Assembly (NCBI GenBank): GCA_963749915.1 | Contig: CAVVOP010000001.1 | Coordinates: 1 to 34,104, forward strand | Direction: 5' to 3' | From: an uncultured cyanobacterium | GTDB lineage: Bacteria > Cyanobacteriota > Cyanobacteriia > Cyanobacteriales > Cyanobacteriaceae | Length of the DNA stretch: 34,104 bases | Shown: positions 19,909 to 28,982 of the stretch, piece after piece | Layout: every line of letters starts with the position of its first letter | Position numbering within the stretch: the stretch's first letter is position 1 | Position numbers and translations under genes: made by a program | Notes under the pieces: model-generated | Seen by the model: only the letters and a program-made list of their open reading frames with translations | Databases searched by the model: none | What the model was told of the DNA's origin: nothing

Positions 19909-22900
19909 ATGAGTCGAGATGCGTTAATTGTCGGTATCAATAGCTATAATTACCGAGGCTTAAACAATTTGCAAGCTCCGGCTGAAGATGCCGAAGCGAT
20001 CGCCCTTCTCCTCAAAGATTATGGCGACTTCGATATTATTAACCGTCTTCCTGAAGCAATTAATGAGGAAAATAATGAACCCTACGTTGCCAAGAAGAAT
20101 AAAGTTTCTTTGTCTGCTTTAAAGAAAGCATTGGTTCAATTATTTAAGCCTGAAGGGAAAAATATTCCCGATACGGCTCTGTTTTATTTTTCTGGGCATG
20201 GATTGCGTGATACTCTTGGCATTTCAGAAGGATTTTTAGCAACCAGTGATGTTGACCCTAAACGAGAATTTTACGGCTTATCACTGCAATGGCTACGTCG
20301 TTTACTTCAAGAAAGTCCCATCAAAAAGCAAATTGTCTGGCTTGATTGTTGTCACAGTGGAGAAGTTCTTAACCTTGCTGACGCTAATCCGGGTGAATTA
20401 GGAAAAGCAAGGGATCGATGTTTTATTGCTGCCTCCAAAGAGTTCCAGAAAGCCTACGAAGAATTAGGAAGTCCCTACAGTGTCTTAACCAAAGTCTTGG
20501 GAGAAGGACTTGATCCGAGGCGATGCCCTCAGCAGTGGGTGACAAATATCAGTTTAACTGACTATATCAATAAACATCTCCAAGGTGCAATTCAAACCCC
20601 TTTGTTTACTAACTTTGGCGAACCTATTAACTTAACTCGCACTTGGGAAGTTTCACCACAGACAACTGAGAGCCAAGTTACTAGCGATATTTGTCCCTAC
20701 AAAGGATTGGAGTATTTTGATTGCAATGATGTAGATCCCAAATACTTTTATGGTCGAGAACAACTGACTGATCAACTGATAGATAAAGTTAGGCAGAGTA
20801 ATTTTCTCGCTATTGTGGGAGCATCGGGAAGTGGGAAATCTTCAGTGATGAGAGCTGGATTATTACATCAACTCAAACAAGGGAGAAAGTTATCGGGTTC
20901 AGGAGATTGGAAAATTCAGATTCTAGTTCCTGGAGAACATCCGATGGAGAACTTAGCCAGCTCATTCATTAACTCTGATTTATCTGATGTGGACAGAGCC
21001 GAACAACTAGGAAAAGCGAAAGAACTCTTAAAAAAAGGGGCTGAGGGATTAAAGCTATTAGTTCAGGTTTCTCAAGCTCCGAAAGTTGTTATTGTGGTTG
21101 ATCAGTTTGAGGAAGTTTTTACTCTTTGTAAGGATAAAAATGTAGCCGAAAGAAAACAATTTTTTGCCTGTCTTTTAGGGGCAGTAGAGAAAGCAGCAGG
21201 AAAATTGTGCGTCATCCTTGCCATGCGAGCTGATTTCTTTGGCAAATGTCTGGAACAAGAATATAGTGGTTTGGGGCAAAAGATTCAAGATAATTTAGTC
21301 TCTGTCACACCGATGAATCAAGAACAGCTTAGAGAAGCGATCGCTCGTCCGGCAAAAAGAGTTAATCTCAGGGTAGAGGAAGGATTGATTGAGCAGATGT
21401 TAACAGACGTAGAAGGAGCACCAGGAAGCCTGCCCCTGCTTCAATACACTTTGACTCAATTATGGGAAAAGAGAACTGACAATCAGTTGAAACTCTCGAC
21501 TTATGCCCAACTTGGTGGCATTGGCGGAACTCTAAATCAAAGAGCAAGGGAAGTTTACCAGGAATTTAATCCAGAACAACAGGATATAGCCAAGCATATC
21601 TTCCTCTGTTTGACGCAGTTAGGAGAAGAAACTGAAGACACCCGCCGAAGGGTGTTAAAAACAGATTTAGTCACTGCTAAATATAGTCAATCTGCCATTG
21701 ATGAAGTGATTCGAGAATTGGCAAAAGAAAGATTAATTGTTACCAGCCATAAAGTTGGCAAAGAGTCTACTGTCGAAGGAGTAGTGGTGGATGTAGCTCA
21801 CGAAGCTCTGATTCGCCATTGGGAGGATTTGCGCGGTTGGTTAGACGAGAGTCGGGATCCTCTCAGAAAACAGCGAGAGATTGAAAAGGAAGCGAAAAAT
21901 TGGCAACCACACGCAGAGGAAGAGAAGTCTCCAGATTATTTGTGGGGAGGCTCTAAATTAGCAGAAGCAGAAGTACTGCTACAAAAATACGCTACCAAGG
22001 TATCACTGTCGAATCTGGCTGAAGAGTTTATGGAAGCCTGTAGAGATAATCAGTTATGTTCTTATCTTTCCAGTCCAGAAATTGATACTTTTGACTATCA
22101 GAAATTAGAGGAGGAGGCAAAAGTCAAATCATACTTAACTAAAGATAAATTGCGCAGTTTTATGGAAGACGAAAGTAAAGAAGCGAAGGTAAGGCTGGCA
22201 GCATCTTGGTTAGTGAAGCAGTGGGGAGAGGACGTCCCTATGTGGATGGCAGAGACTGATGGTAAAGGGAATGTCTCTCTGAGTATCATAGAATCTCCAT
22301 CAATAGCAGTAGAAGATTTGGGAGATGGAATTAGCTTAGAAATGGTAGAAATTCCAGGAGGAGAGTTTTGGATGGGGGCGTCTGAAGGAGAAGAAGGTTC
22401 ATATAAGAATGAGTACCCGCAACATAAGGTGAAGGTTTCTCCTTTTCTTATAGGCAAGTATCCGGTAACTCAAGCCCCGTGGCGAGCAGTTGCTTCTCTG
22501 CCAGAAATCGAACGTGAACTTGTCTCAGAGCCATCATATTATAAAGGTGATGACCTGCCAGTGGAATGTATTTCTTGGTATGATGCGATCGAATTCTGTC
22601 AGCGACTTTCCCGAGCAACAGGAAGAGAGTATCGACTCCCCAGCGAAGCGGAGTGGGAATATGCCTGCCGGGCAGGAACTACCACACCCTTTCACTTTGG
22701 TGAGACGATTACACCAGATTTAGCGAATTATATAAAATCAGCTCGCGGTAAGACGACCCCTGTAGGCAGATTTCAAGTGGCGAATAGCTTTGGATTATAC
22801 GATATGCACGGAAATGTCTGGGAATGGTGTGCTGACCATTGGCATGATAACTATGAGGGAGCACCAGAAGATGGAAAACCATGGCTGAGAAGAATGGGGT

Positions 22901-23056
22901 TTTTTAGTAAGAAAGAGAATCAAGAAAGAGTGCTGCGCGGTGGTAGCTGGAACGACCACTCAGGACTACTGCCGTTGTGCTATCCGTTACGACGTCGTTC
23001 CCGACAATATCAATCTCAATATCGGGTTGCGTGTGGTTGCGGCGGCGAGGACTTAA
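19909..23056 (+). CDS. DGR target: caspase-like (C14) peptidase + nSTAND1-type NTPase + FGE-sulfatase/C-type-lectin-fold domain; +1 frameshift inside the VR
   Basis: ALIVGIN, FSGHG and LDCCHSG dyad; CPYKGL, GASGSGKSS, VVDQFEE, LPLLQY, VAHEAL; RLPSEAEWEYACRAG, GLYDMHGNVWEW, VLRGGSW. The TR-like frame ends [10 protein letters not shown] at TAA 23054-23056; as written the ORF runs to 23115. Confidence 0.92.
22930..23050 (+). repeat. DGR variable repeat (VR)
   Basis: 121 nt matching the TR; 12 internal and 2 edge substitutions, all opposite TR adenines, plus one extra base near 22963-22966. Confidence 0.96.
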
Positions 23057-23114
23057 TTTTCCCTTTTCACTCTTACCCTTTTACTCTTTACTCTTTATTT
23101 TTTATTCTTTTTTA

Positions 23115-23129
23115 GCGAGCGAAGCGAGC
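23115..23129 (+). promoter_or_regulatory. Candidate DGR target-recognition hairpin
   Basis: GCGAGC-GAA-GCGAGC within a T-rich tract about 65 nt downstream of the VR. Confidence 0.45.
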
Positions 23130-23172
23130 ATTTTTGTCGATTTCTATAAGCAAACTAAGCTTTTTTTTGAAG

Positions 23173-23517
23173 ATGAAAGACCTTTCTATTATTCAAAAAA
23201 CTTACGATTTAATCAAGTGGTATGTACCAATTTTGAACAAATTACCGAGAAATCATAAATTTCTCTTGGGCGAGCGCATGATTACGGAACTATACAATCT
23301 TTTAGACAGCCTAATTATGGCACAATATACTCAGCAAAAATTAGTTTATCTCGAACCTTTAAACGGAAGATTACAAATCTTACGCTATCAAACTCGCCTG
23401 TTGCTTGATTTCAGACTGATGGCCACCAATCGTTATGAATATGCCAATCAACAAATCAACTCCATTGGTCAAGAATTAGGAGGCTGGATTAAAACCCAAA
23501 AACAACGAGAAAAATAA
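23173..23517 (+). CDS. avd: DGR accessory variability determinant (four-helix bundle)
   Basis: LSIIQKTYDL, LPRNHKFLLGERM, IGQELGGWIK; located between VR and RT. Confidence 0.92.
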   Translation: MKDLSIIQKTYDLIKWYVPILNKLPRNHKFLLGERMITELYNLLDSLIMAQYTQQKLVYLEPLNGRLQILRYQTRLLLDFRLMATNRYEYANQQINSIGQELGGWIKTQKQREK

Positions 23518-23626
23518 TCAACCTCAGTTTAGTTTAAGAATTATTCGTGAGGATAGGGAATGGGGAACAGGGAACGGGCAAAGGTCAGAAATATTATATT
23601 TTCATTGTTAATAATCCCAAATCACC

Positions 23627-24697
23627 ATGAAACGTTATGGCAATCTTTACGGGCAAATAACCGATTATGCCAACCTCATTTCCGCCGCCAGAAAAGCTCA
23701 AAAAGGCAAGCGGTTTCGAGAAAATGTGTTGAGATTTAACTATCATTTGGAGCAGGAATTAGAGAAAATTAAAACTGAGTTAGAAACCAAAACTTATCAG
23801 CCAGGAAAATACAAAACTTTTGAGATTAAAGAGCCAAAACCGAGAATGATTTCTGCTGCTCCTTACCGAGATCGGGTTGTCCATCATGCCTTGTGTAATA
23901 TCATTGCTCCTATTTTTGAGAAGACATTTATTAATGACAGCTACGCTAATCGGGAAGGTTTTGGTACTCATAAAGCCTTAAGAAGATTTATTGATTTTGC
24001 TCGCTCCAGTCAATATATTCTCCAGTGTGATATCAAGAAGTATTTTCCCAGCATTGACCATCAGATTCTCAAACAAGTTATCAGGCGTAAAATTAAATGT
24101 CAAGATACCCTTTGGTTAATTGATACGATCATTGACAATAGTAATGAGCAGATTCGGGTAATTGACCATTTTCCTGGGGATGACTTATTAGCACCAATTC
24201 AGCACCAAAAAGGTCTTCCTATCGGTAATTTAACCAGCCAGTGGATGGGGAACATTTTTTTATCTCCTTTGGATCATTTTGTTAAAGAAAAATTGAGGCT
24301 TTCTAAATACCTGAGATACGTTGATGATTTTTCTTTATTCTCCAATGACCATGAGTTTTTACAAGAAGCAAGACAAGCAATAGAAGAATACTTAGCAAGA
24401 TTAAGGCTGAAAATTCATCCCCGTAAAAGCCAACTATTTGAAACCAAAAAAGGAGCCAACTTTTTAGGATTTTGCATTTTTAGCGATCGCATAAGAGTCA
24501 GAAGCGAAAACTTGAAAAGAGCAAGAAAAAGACTAAAAAGATTGCAACAGGAATACCATCAAGGTAAGATTAGCTTAGAGGATGTAAATCGTTCTCTTCA
24601 AAGCTGGGAAGCACATCTTAAACATGGTGATACCTGGCGATTGAGGCAACAGATATTCTCTTCTCTTGATTTTGACGAGAGAGGGAAGAAGGGGTAG
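23627..24697 (+). CDS. DGR reverse transcriptase
   Basis: [49 protein letters not shown]; 356 aa with no maturase or endonuclease extension. Confidence 0.96.
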   Translation: MKRYGNLYGQITDYANLISAARKAQKGKRFRENVLRFNYHLEQELEKIKTELETKTYQPGKYKTFEIKEPKPRMISAAPYRDRVVHHALCNIIAPIFEKTFINDSYANREGFGTHKALRRFIDFARSSQYILQCDIKKYFPSIDHQILKQVIRRKIKCQDTLWLIDTIIDNSNEQIRVIDHFPGDDLLAPIQHQKGLPIGNLTSQWMGNIFLSPLDHFVKEKLRLSKYLRYVDDFSLFSNDHEFLQEARQAIEEYLARLRLKIHPRKSQLFETKKGANFLGFCIFSDRIRVRSENLKRARKRLKRLQQEYHQGKISLEDVNRSLQSWEAHLKHGDTWRLRQQIFSSLDFDERGKKG

Positions 24698-24707
24698 GCA
24701 CTGTTAG

Positions 24708-24827
24708 ATGCTGCGCGGTGGTAGCTGGAACAACAACTCAGAAAACTGCCGTTGTGCTATCCGTAACAACAACAATCCCGACAATATCAATAACAATATC
24801 GGGTTGCGTGTGGTTGCGGCGGCGAGA
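24708..24827 (+). ncRNA. DGR template repeat (TR); the RNA probably extends into the downstream spacer to ~24980
   Basis: 120 nt, 35 adenines, 12 AAY codons in the target frame; identical to the VR at non-A positions. Confidence 0.95.
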
Positions 24828-25056
24828 GCTTTTCTCTGCCAGAACTGGTGGATGGGAATCTTCCGGGCGTGCCTAAGAAAAGTCCAGAACCTGCTCCTGC
24901 GATATGAGGTGACTCTATCCGAAAATAAACTGGGTCGCTCAGCTTGGTAGGTGAATACTGAAGAGTTGGTCGGCCCATCTAAATGATGAGTTATGAATAA
25001 ATTCAGCATTCATCATTTATTATTTGATAATAAGGGATAATAGAAAAAGCAATTGC

Positions 25057-25872
25057 TCACTCAATTAACAACATTAATTTAGATACATTCTGTTTATAAT
25101 CATTAGTAGCTTGAAGTAAATCAAAATCAAGTTTATCAATATTTTCCTGATAGTTTAAATACTGATTTGTCGTTCCCTCTCCATTACTATATTTGATGAG
25201 GAATACTTGAGATTGTAATTTTACTTTAGCTATTTTCTGATTAATTAATTTAATCCTTTCCCTACTTTCTTCAAGGTTTAAGAGAGCGATCGCCACTTCA
25301 TTTTTAATATTATCCTTCTCAATAATTAACTGATTTTCTAGCCTATCCTGATTATCCTTAAGCTGATTAATTTTAGTCTCAATATCAGTAATAGTAAGTT
25401 GATTTCTTTGCACATCACCACCACCAAAAAGATTCTGAATTAACTTAACTGGTTCTAAAGTAATAAAATTAGTCCAGTTCCGTGATTGATAATATCGAAT
25501 CTTCTCCTCTAAGTAGTTTATCTGTTCTCCTGTATTAGTAATTTTATCCTCCAGATTAGCAATTAAAAGGCTAGATGCGATCGCCCTCTGGGTCAAATAA
25601 TCATGGCAGTTGAGGACGGGGGAAGGACAGATTAATGATGGGGGAATTATGAATGAGGGGGGAATTATGAATGATGAATTATGAGTTATGAATGAGGAAT
25701 CATTTTGTGAATTCTCATTGGTTCCGAGTTCCGAGTTCTGAATTGTGGTTTCTAACCATGAGGGAGAGTTCGGCGTTGATTGTTCCGTCTGGGCTTTGGC
25801 TGAGTAATTTAATCCGACGGACGATGCCAGAATAAGGGCTAGTGGAATTACTGAGGCTTTGTAATTTTTCAT
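25057..25872 (-). CDS. Hypothetical secreted coiled-coil protein
   Basis: Signal peptide (..SAKA-Q), long coiled coil; in-frame low-complexity repeats at ~25630-25745. Confidence 0.65.
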   Translation of the reverse strand: MKNYKASVIPLALILASSVGLNYSAKAQTEQSTPNSPSWLETTIQNSELGTNENSQNDSSFITHNSSFIIPPSFIIPPSLICPSPVLNCHDYLTQRAIASSLLIANLEDKITNTGEQINYLEEKIRYYQSRNWTNFITLEPVKLIQNLFGGGDVQRNQLTITDIETKINQLKDNQDRLENQLIIEKDNIKNEVAIALLNLEESRERIKLINQKIAKVKLQSQVFLIKYSNGEGTTNQYLNYQENIDKLDFDLLQATNDYKQNVSKLMLLIE

Positions 25873-25939
25873 GGGCTAAACTAATTTGATTATTAAGCTC
25901 ATTGAGTTTGATTTCATGTTCTGATTTTCTCTGTTGATA
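25715..25939 (-). pseudogene. 3' remnant of a coiled-coil protein gene, cut by the MITE
   Basis: Heptad segment followed by SPYSGIVRRIK; upstream sequence is the MITE end. Confidence 0.4.
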
Positions 25940-26238
25940 TAGGGATTGAGCCGAGATAGATGTAAAAAAGTGCAAGATAGGGTCTAAAGTATTGCTATAT
26001 CTTGGTTTCAGAGTTTATTAATGTCTGTATTATGGTAAAAGCCTTGTCTAGACTGACTTTCAATTTAATCAGATTTTTAAGTCTAGTTTCCTCTATCAAG
26101 ATTATTGGCTGAAACGTCGTAAATTGGTTGAGAGTTCTCGGTTAATCGCTGAGGATTGTAGTATTACCCAAAGTCATAACCAGTAAGGCTTTGAATGGGA
26201 TCTTGCACTTTTTCGTTCGGATCTCGGCTCAATCCCTA
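25940..26238. mobile_element. ~300-bp non-autonomous MITE-like element
   Basis: 39-bp imperfect IRs TAGGGATTGAGCCGAGAT..AAAAAGTGCAAGAT (25940-25978) and its complement (26200-26238); terminal TA may be the TSD. Confidence 0.75.
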
Positions 26239-26285
26239 CAAGATCCGCGATCGCACTTAACCCACTAGCTACAGGCTACGCCAAA

Positions 26286-26567
26286 TCATGCCATTATCGC
26301 TTGTTTAATTTCTTTGGGTCTATTCAATGCTAAATCATAATTAGTCTGCAAATTCATCCAGAATTGAGGAGTAGTATTAAAGGCTTGAGCTAGTAACCAT
26401 GCAGTTTCAGGAGTAATCCCTCGTTTGCCTTTAATAATTTCATTAATCCGTTGTACTGGAATATTCAAATGATTAGCTAATGCGACTTGAGTGATATTCA
26501 TCGGTTCAAGAAATTCTTCTAAGAGAATCACTCCAGGATGGGTTGGTATACGATTAGTTGGTATCAT
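26286..26567 (-). CDS. higA: HigA antitoxin
   Basis: HPGVILLEEFL, HTH, KRGITPETA, FWMNLQ. Confidence 0.93.
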   Translation of the reverse strand: MIPTNRIPTHPGVILLEEFLEPMNITQVALANHLNIPVQRINEIIKGKRGITPETAWLLAQAFNTTPQFWMNLQTNYDLALNRPKEIKQAIMA

Positions 26568-26575
26568 CTTGTTAC

Positions 26576-26869
26576 TTAATTGTGGTAGTCAATAATTTGA
26601 ACTTGGGTAACTTTGCCGTTATCCCATTGAAAAATAATCCGCCACTGACTGTTTATCCGAATGCTGTAAAATCCTTTCAGGTTACCTTTGAGTGCCTCTA
26701 AGCGGTTGCCTGGTGGAACTTTTAATTCATCTAATTGTTCGGCAGCATTCAATATATCTAATTTTTTCAGGGCTGTTTTGCTGATTTGGGAGGGAATTTT
26801 TCTGGCTTCTCGACTTTCAACTCCATTAAATAAGTCGGCAGTACCCTGATTTCCAAAAGAAATAATCAA
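26576..26869 (-). CDS. higB: HigB (RelE/ParE-family) toxin
   Basis: PPGNRLEALKG, YSIRINSQWRIIF, IDYH; lies upstream of the antitoxin. Confidence 0.93.
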   Translation of the reverse strand: MIISFGNQGTADLFNGVESREARKIPSQISKTALKKLDILNAAEQLDELKVPPGNRLEALKGNLKGFYSIRINSQWRIIFQWDNGKVTQVQIIDYHN

Positions 26870-27073
26870 TTTACTATCTATTTGGATGTTAACTTCTTTT
26901 ATTTTAATGGTTTAACGGTTATCATGCAATGACTTGATCTAAAGAAGTGCAACCCAACCCCATCCACAGACGATCGCACTGAGCAAAAGAAGTTACAGTA
27001 AGGAACGCACCCTACAAGATCGGCGATCGCTTACTTATAGTGCGATCGCCGATAACTTCTCTGGACTTACCAA

Positions 27074-27404
27074 CCCACATTCCGCACGTCAAACTGTATA
27101 AATTCAGATTACGAGGTGAGAGGTTGAACAGTGATTGACTACGACAAGAAATACTCAGTGATTAGTTCTCTAGTTTATAAAGAGAACTCAGATAAATTAG
27201 TAGAAAAATGAGCAACGTTTAAGGGATAATTAAATTCAGTTTTTAATTTAATTTTGGAAATGATATTTTCAGAAGATATACAAGTTCAAACCATTAATCA
27301 TTTAGGATTAATTGCTGGAATTATAGATGAAATTGGTATTGAAGAAATTATTAATGATGCCCTCGGTATTGACGAGAGGGAAATCGTGACAGCAGGTCAA
27401 ATAG
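27074..27404 (+). mobile_element. IS1634-family left-end remnant with transposase N-terminal fragment
   Basis: End motif CCCACATTCCGCA; NHLGLIAGIIDEIG..INDALG..TAGQI, then an abrupt break. Confidence 0.7.
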
Positions 27405-27758
27405 CCCTCTTTTGTCATTTTCCGGTCCGGGAACGTCCGGGGGCAGTGGCTTCATGTCTTCGGGGCGGAACAAATTCCCGCGAATAAAGTCCAGAGCGAC
27501 ACCTCCGGGTTGGCTTTCCAGTTGGTGGAATCCCTGACTGAAGTCCACCAACTGATTTAAGATTGGGTGCTGAAAGGCATCATTGACTAGGTACAGTAAA
27601 TCTGAGGGGCTTTCTTGGGATTTGACGTTGATGGCGATGCGGTGTTTTTTCTGCCCATCGCTCACCAAGACTTGATAGTGGGGCGAAGGATCGGTCGCGG
27701 GATTGATTTGGCGCTCCAAAGCCCGACATTTCAATACTCCATAAGTTGCTAGAGACAT
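27405..27758 (-). pseudogene. YukJ/DUF2278-like protein, 3'-truncated
   Basis: YGVLK, SPHYQV, RIAINVKS, LDFIRGNLF, PGPEND, then runs into the IS1634 remnant. Confidence 0.7.
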
Positions 27759-27796
27759 TTTTTCAATACCTCTCTGTGTTGTTTTTTTTAGTGATA

Positions 27797-28981
27797 AGCT
27801 AAGACGCATCAATCTAGGATATAATTTAAGTCAGAAAATATTAAGATGAAAATCCATGCCTATTAAAAACTTTTTGTCGGATGAAGAAAAAAAATATCTC
27901 CAAAATTCCTTAAAAACGGAAAATAGATCAGAAGTTAGGCAAAGGATTTTGATATTTTTATTAGAAAATGATGGCAAAAATTATCAACAAATAGCAGATT
28001 TTTTAGGTTGTTCCACAAAAACAGTAGCGTATTGGGCAGTGCATGGTAATCCTAATAATGTAGATTCATTACAAGATAAAAGAAGAAAAGGAAATCAGAT
28101 AAAAGCAACGGATAAATATATCGAAATATTGTTAGAAGTGGTGGACACGACCCCCGAAGATTTAGGATATGAATTTGGGCGATGGACAGGGAAAAGATTG
28201 TCAGAACATCTCGAAAAAGAAACAGGAATTAAATTAAGTAAATCACAAATAGCGAGAATATTAAAAAGAAAAAAGTATAGTTATATTTGGGGAAAATATA
28301 GTTTGGAAGATAAGCAAAATAAAGAAGAAAGAAAGGCATTTAAAGAAAAATTAGAAGATTATATAAAAATAAGTAAAGAAAATCAGGAATTACTCCAGAT
28401 ATGGTTTTGGGATGAGTGTGGTTTTAGTTTAAGGGTAATAAGAAGAAAAACATGGACAAAAAAAGGAAAGAGAAAAAAAATCAAGGGACAAAGAAGAAGA
28501 GGAAGAGTAAATATCATGGGAGGCTTAAGATATTCAGATAAAAAAAGACTGTGCTTTATGATAGAGAAAGGGAACTCAGAAACATTTTATGAGAAAATAG
28601 AAAAGTTAAAAGAAGAAGTAAAAAAAGAATGGATAAGTAAGGGAAATAATGAAAAAGATTTTGAAAAAAAAGGACCAAAAATAATAATAATTTTAGATAA
28701 TGCGAGTTTCCATAAAAAGAAAGAAATAATAGAAAGAATAGAAACAAATTTATCAAATATAAGATTAGAGTATTTACCAGTATATAGTCCAGATTATAAC
28801 TTAATAGAATTAGTATGGCATTCGGCTAAAGAATTTATAGCTCATCGAGATTTTGAAAATAAAGAACAATTAGCAAAAACAGTGAATCAATTATTAAATG
28901 AAGGAGGTTTAGTGATTAATTGGAGCAAAAAAATCAAGAATAAGGGTGAATTAGTAAATGTAAGTTAAATGCGTCTTAGCT
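27797..28981 (+). mobile_element. IS630-family insertion sequence
   Basis: IRs AGCTAAGACGCAT / ATGCGTCTTAGCT flanked by TA on both sides. Confidence 0.9.
27856..28968 (+). CDS. IS630-family transposase
   Basis: FWDECGF, ILDNASFH, YSPDYNLIELVW; N-terminal HTH. Confidence 0.93.
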   Translation: MPIKNFLSDEEKKYLQNSLKTENRSEVRQRILIFLLENDGKNYQQIADFLGCSTKTVAYWAVHGNPNNVDSLQDKRRKGNQIKATDKYIEILLEVVDTTPEDLGYEFGRWTGKRLSEHLEKETGIKLSKSQIARILKRKKYSYIWGKYSLEDKQNKEERKAFKEKLEDYIKISKENQELLQIWFWDECGFSLRVIRRKTWTKKGKRKKIKGQRRRGRVNIMGGLRYSDKKRLCFMIEKGNSETFYEKIEKLKEEVKKEWISKGNNEKDFEKKGPKIIIILDNASFHKKKEIIERIETNLSNIRLEYLPVYSPDYNLIELVWHSAKEFIAHRDFENKEQLAKTVNQLLNEGGLVINWSKKIKNKGELVNVS

Positions 28982-28982
28982 T

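Noticed and set aside
23627..24697. RT as group II intron, retron or CRISPR-associated RT
   Set aside because: The avd neighbour, TR/VR pair and GNLTSQ motif indicate a DGR; no maturase extension or cas genes are present
24708..24950. 80-aa ORF resembling an FGE-domain C terminus
   Set aside because: It is the TR read in the target frame; TRs act as RNA, and there is no independent evidence of a gene
2178..27050. Many GCGATCGC palindromes
   Set aside because: HIP1, ubiquitous in cyanobacteria; used only as a taxonomic clue
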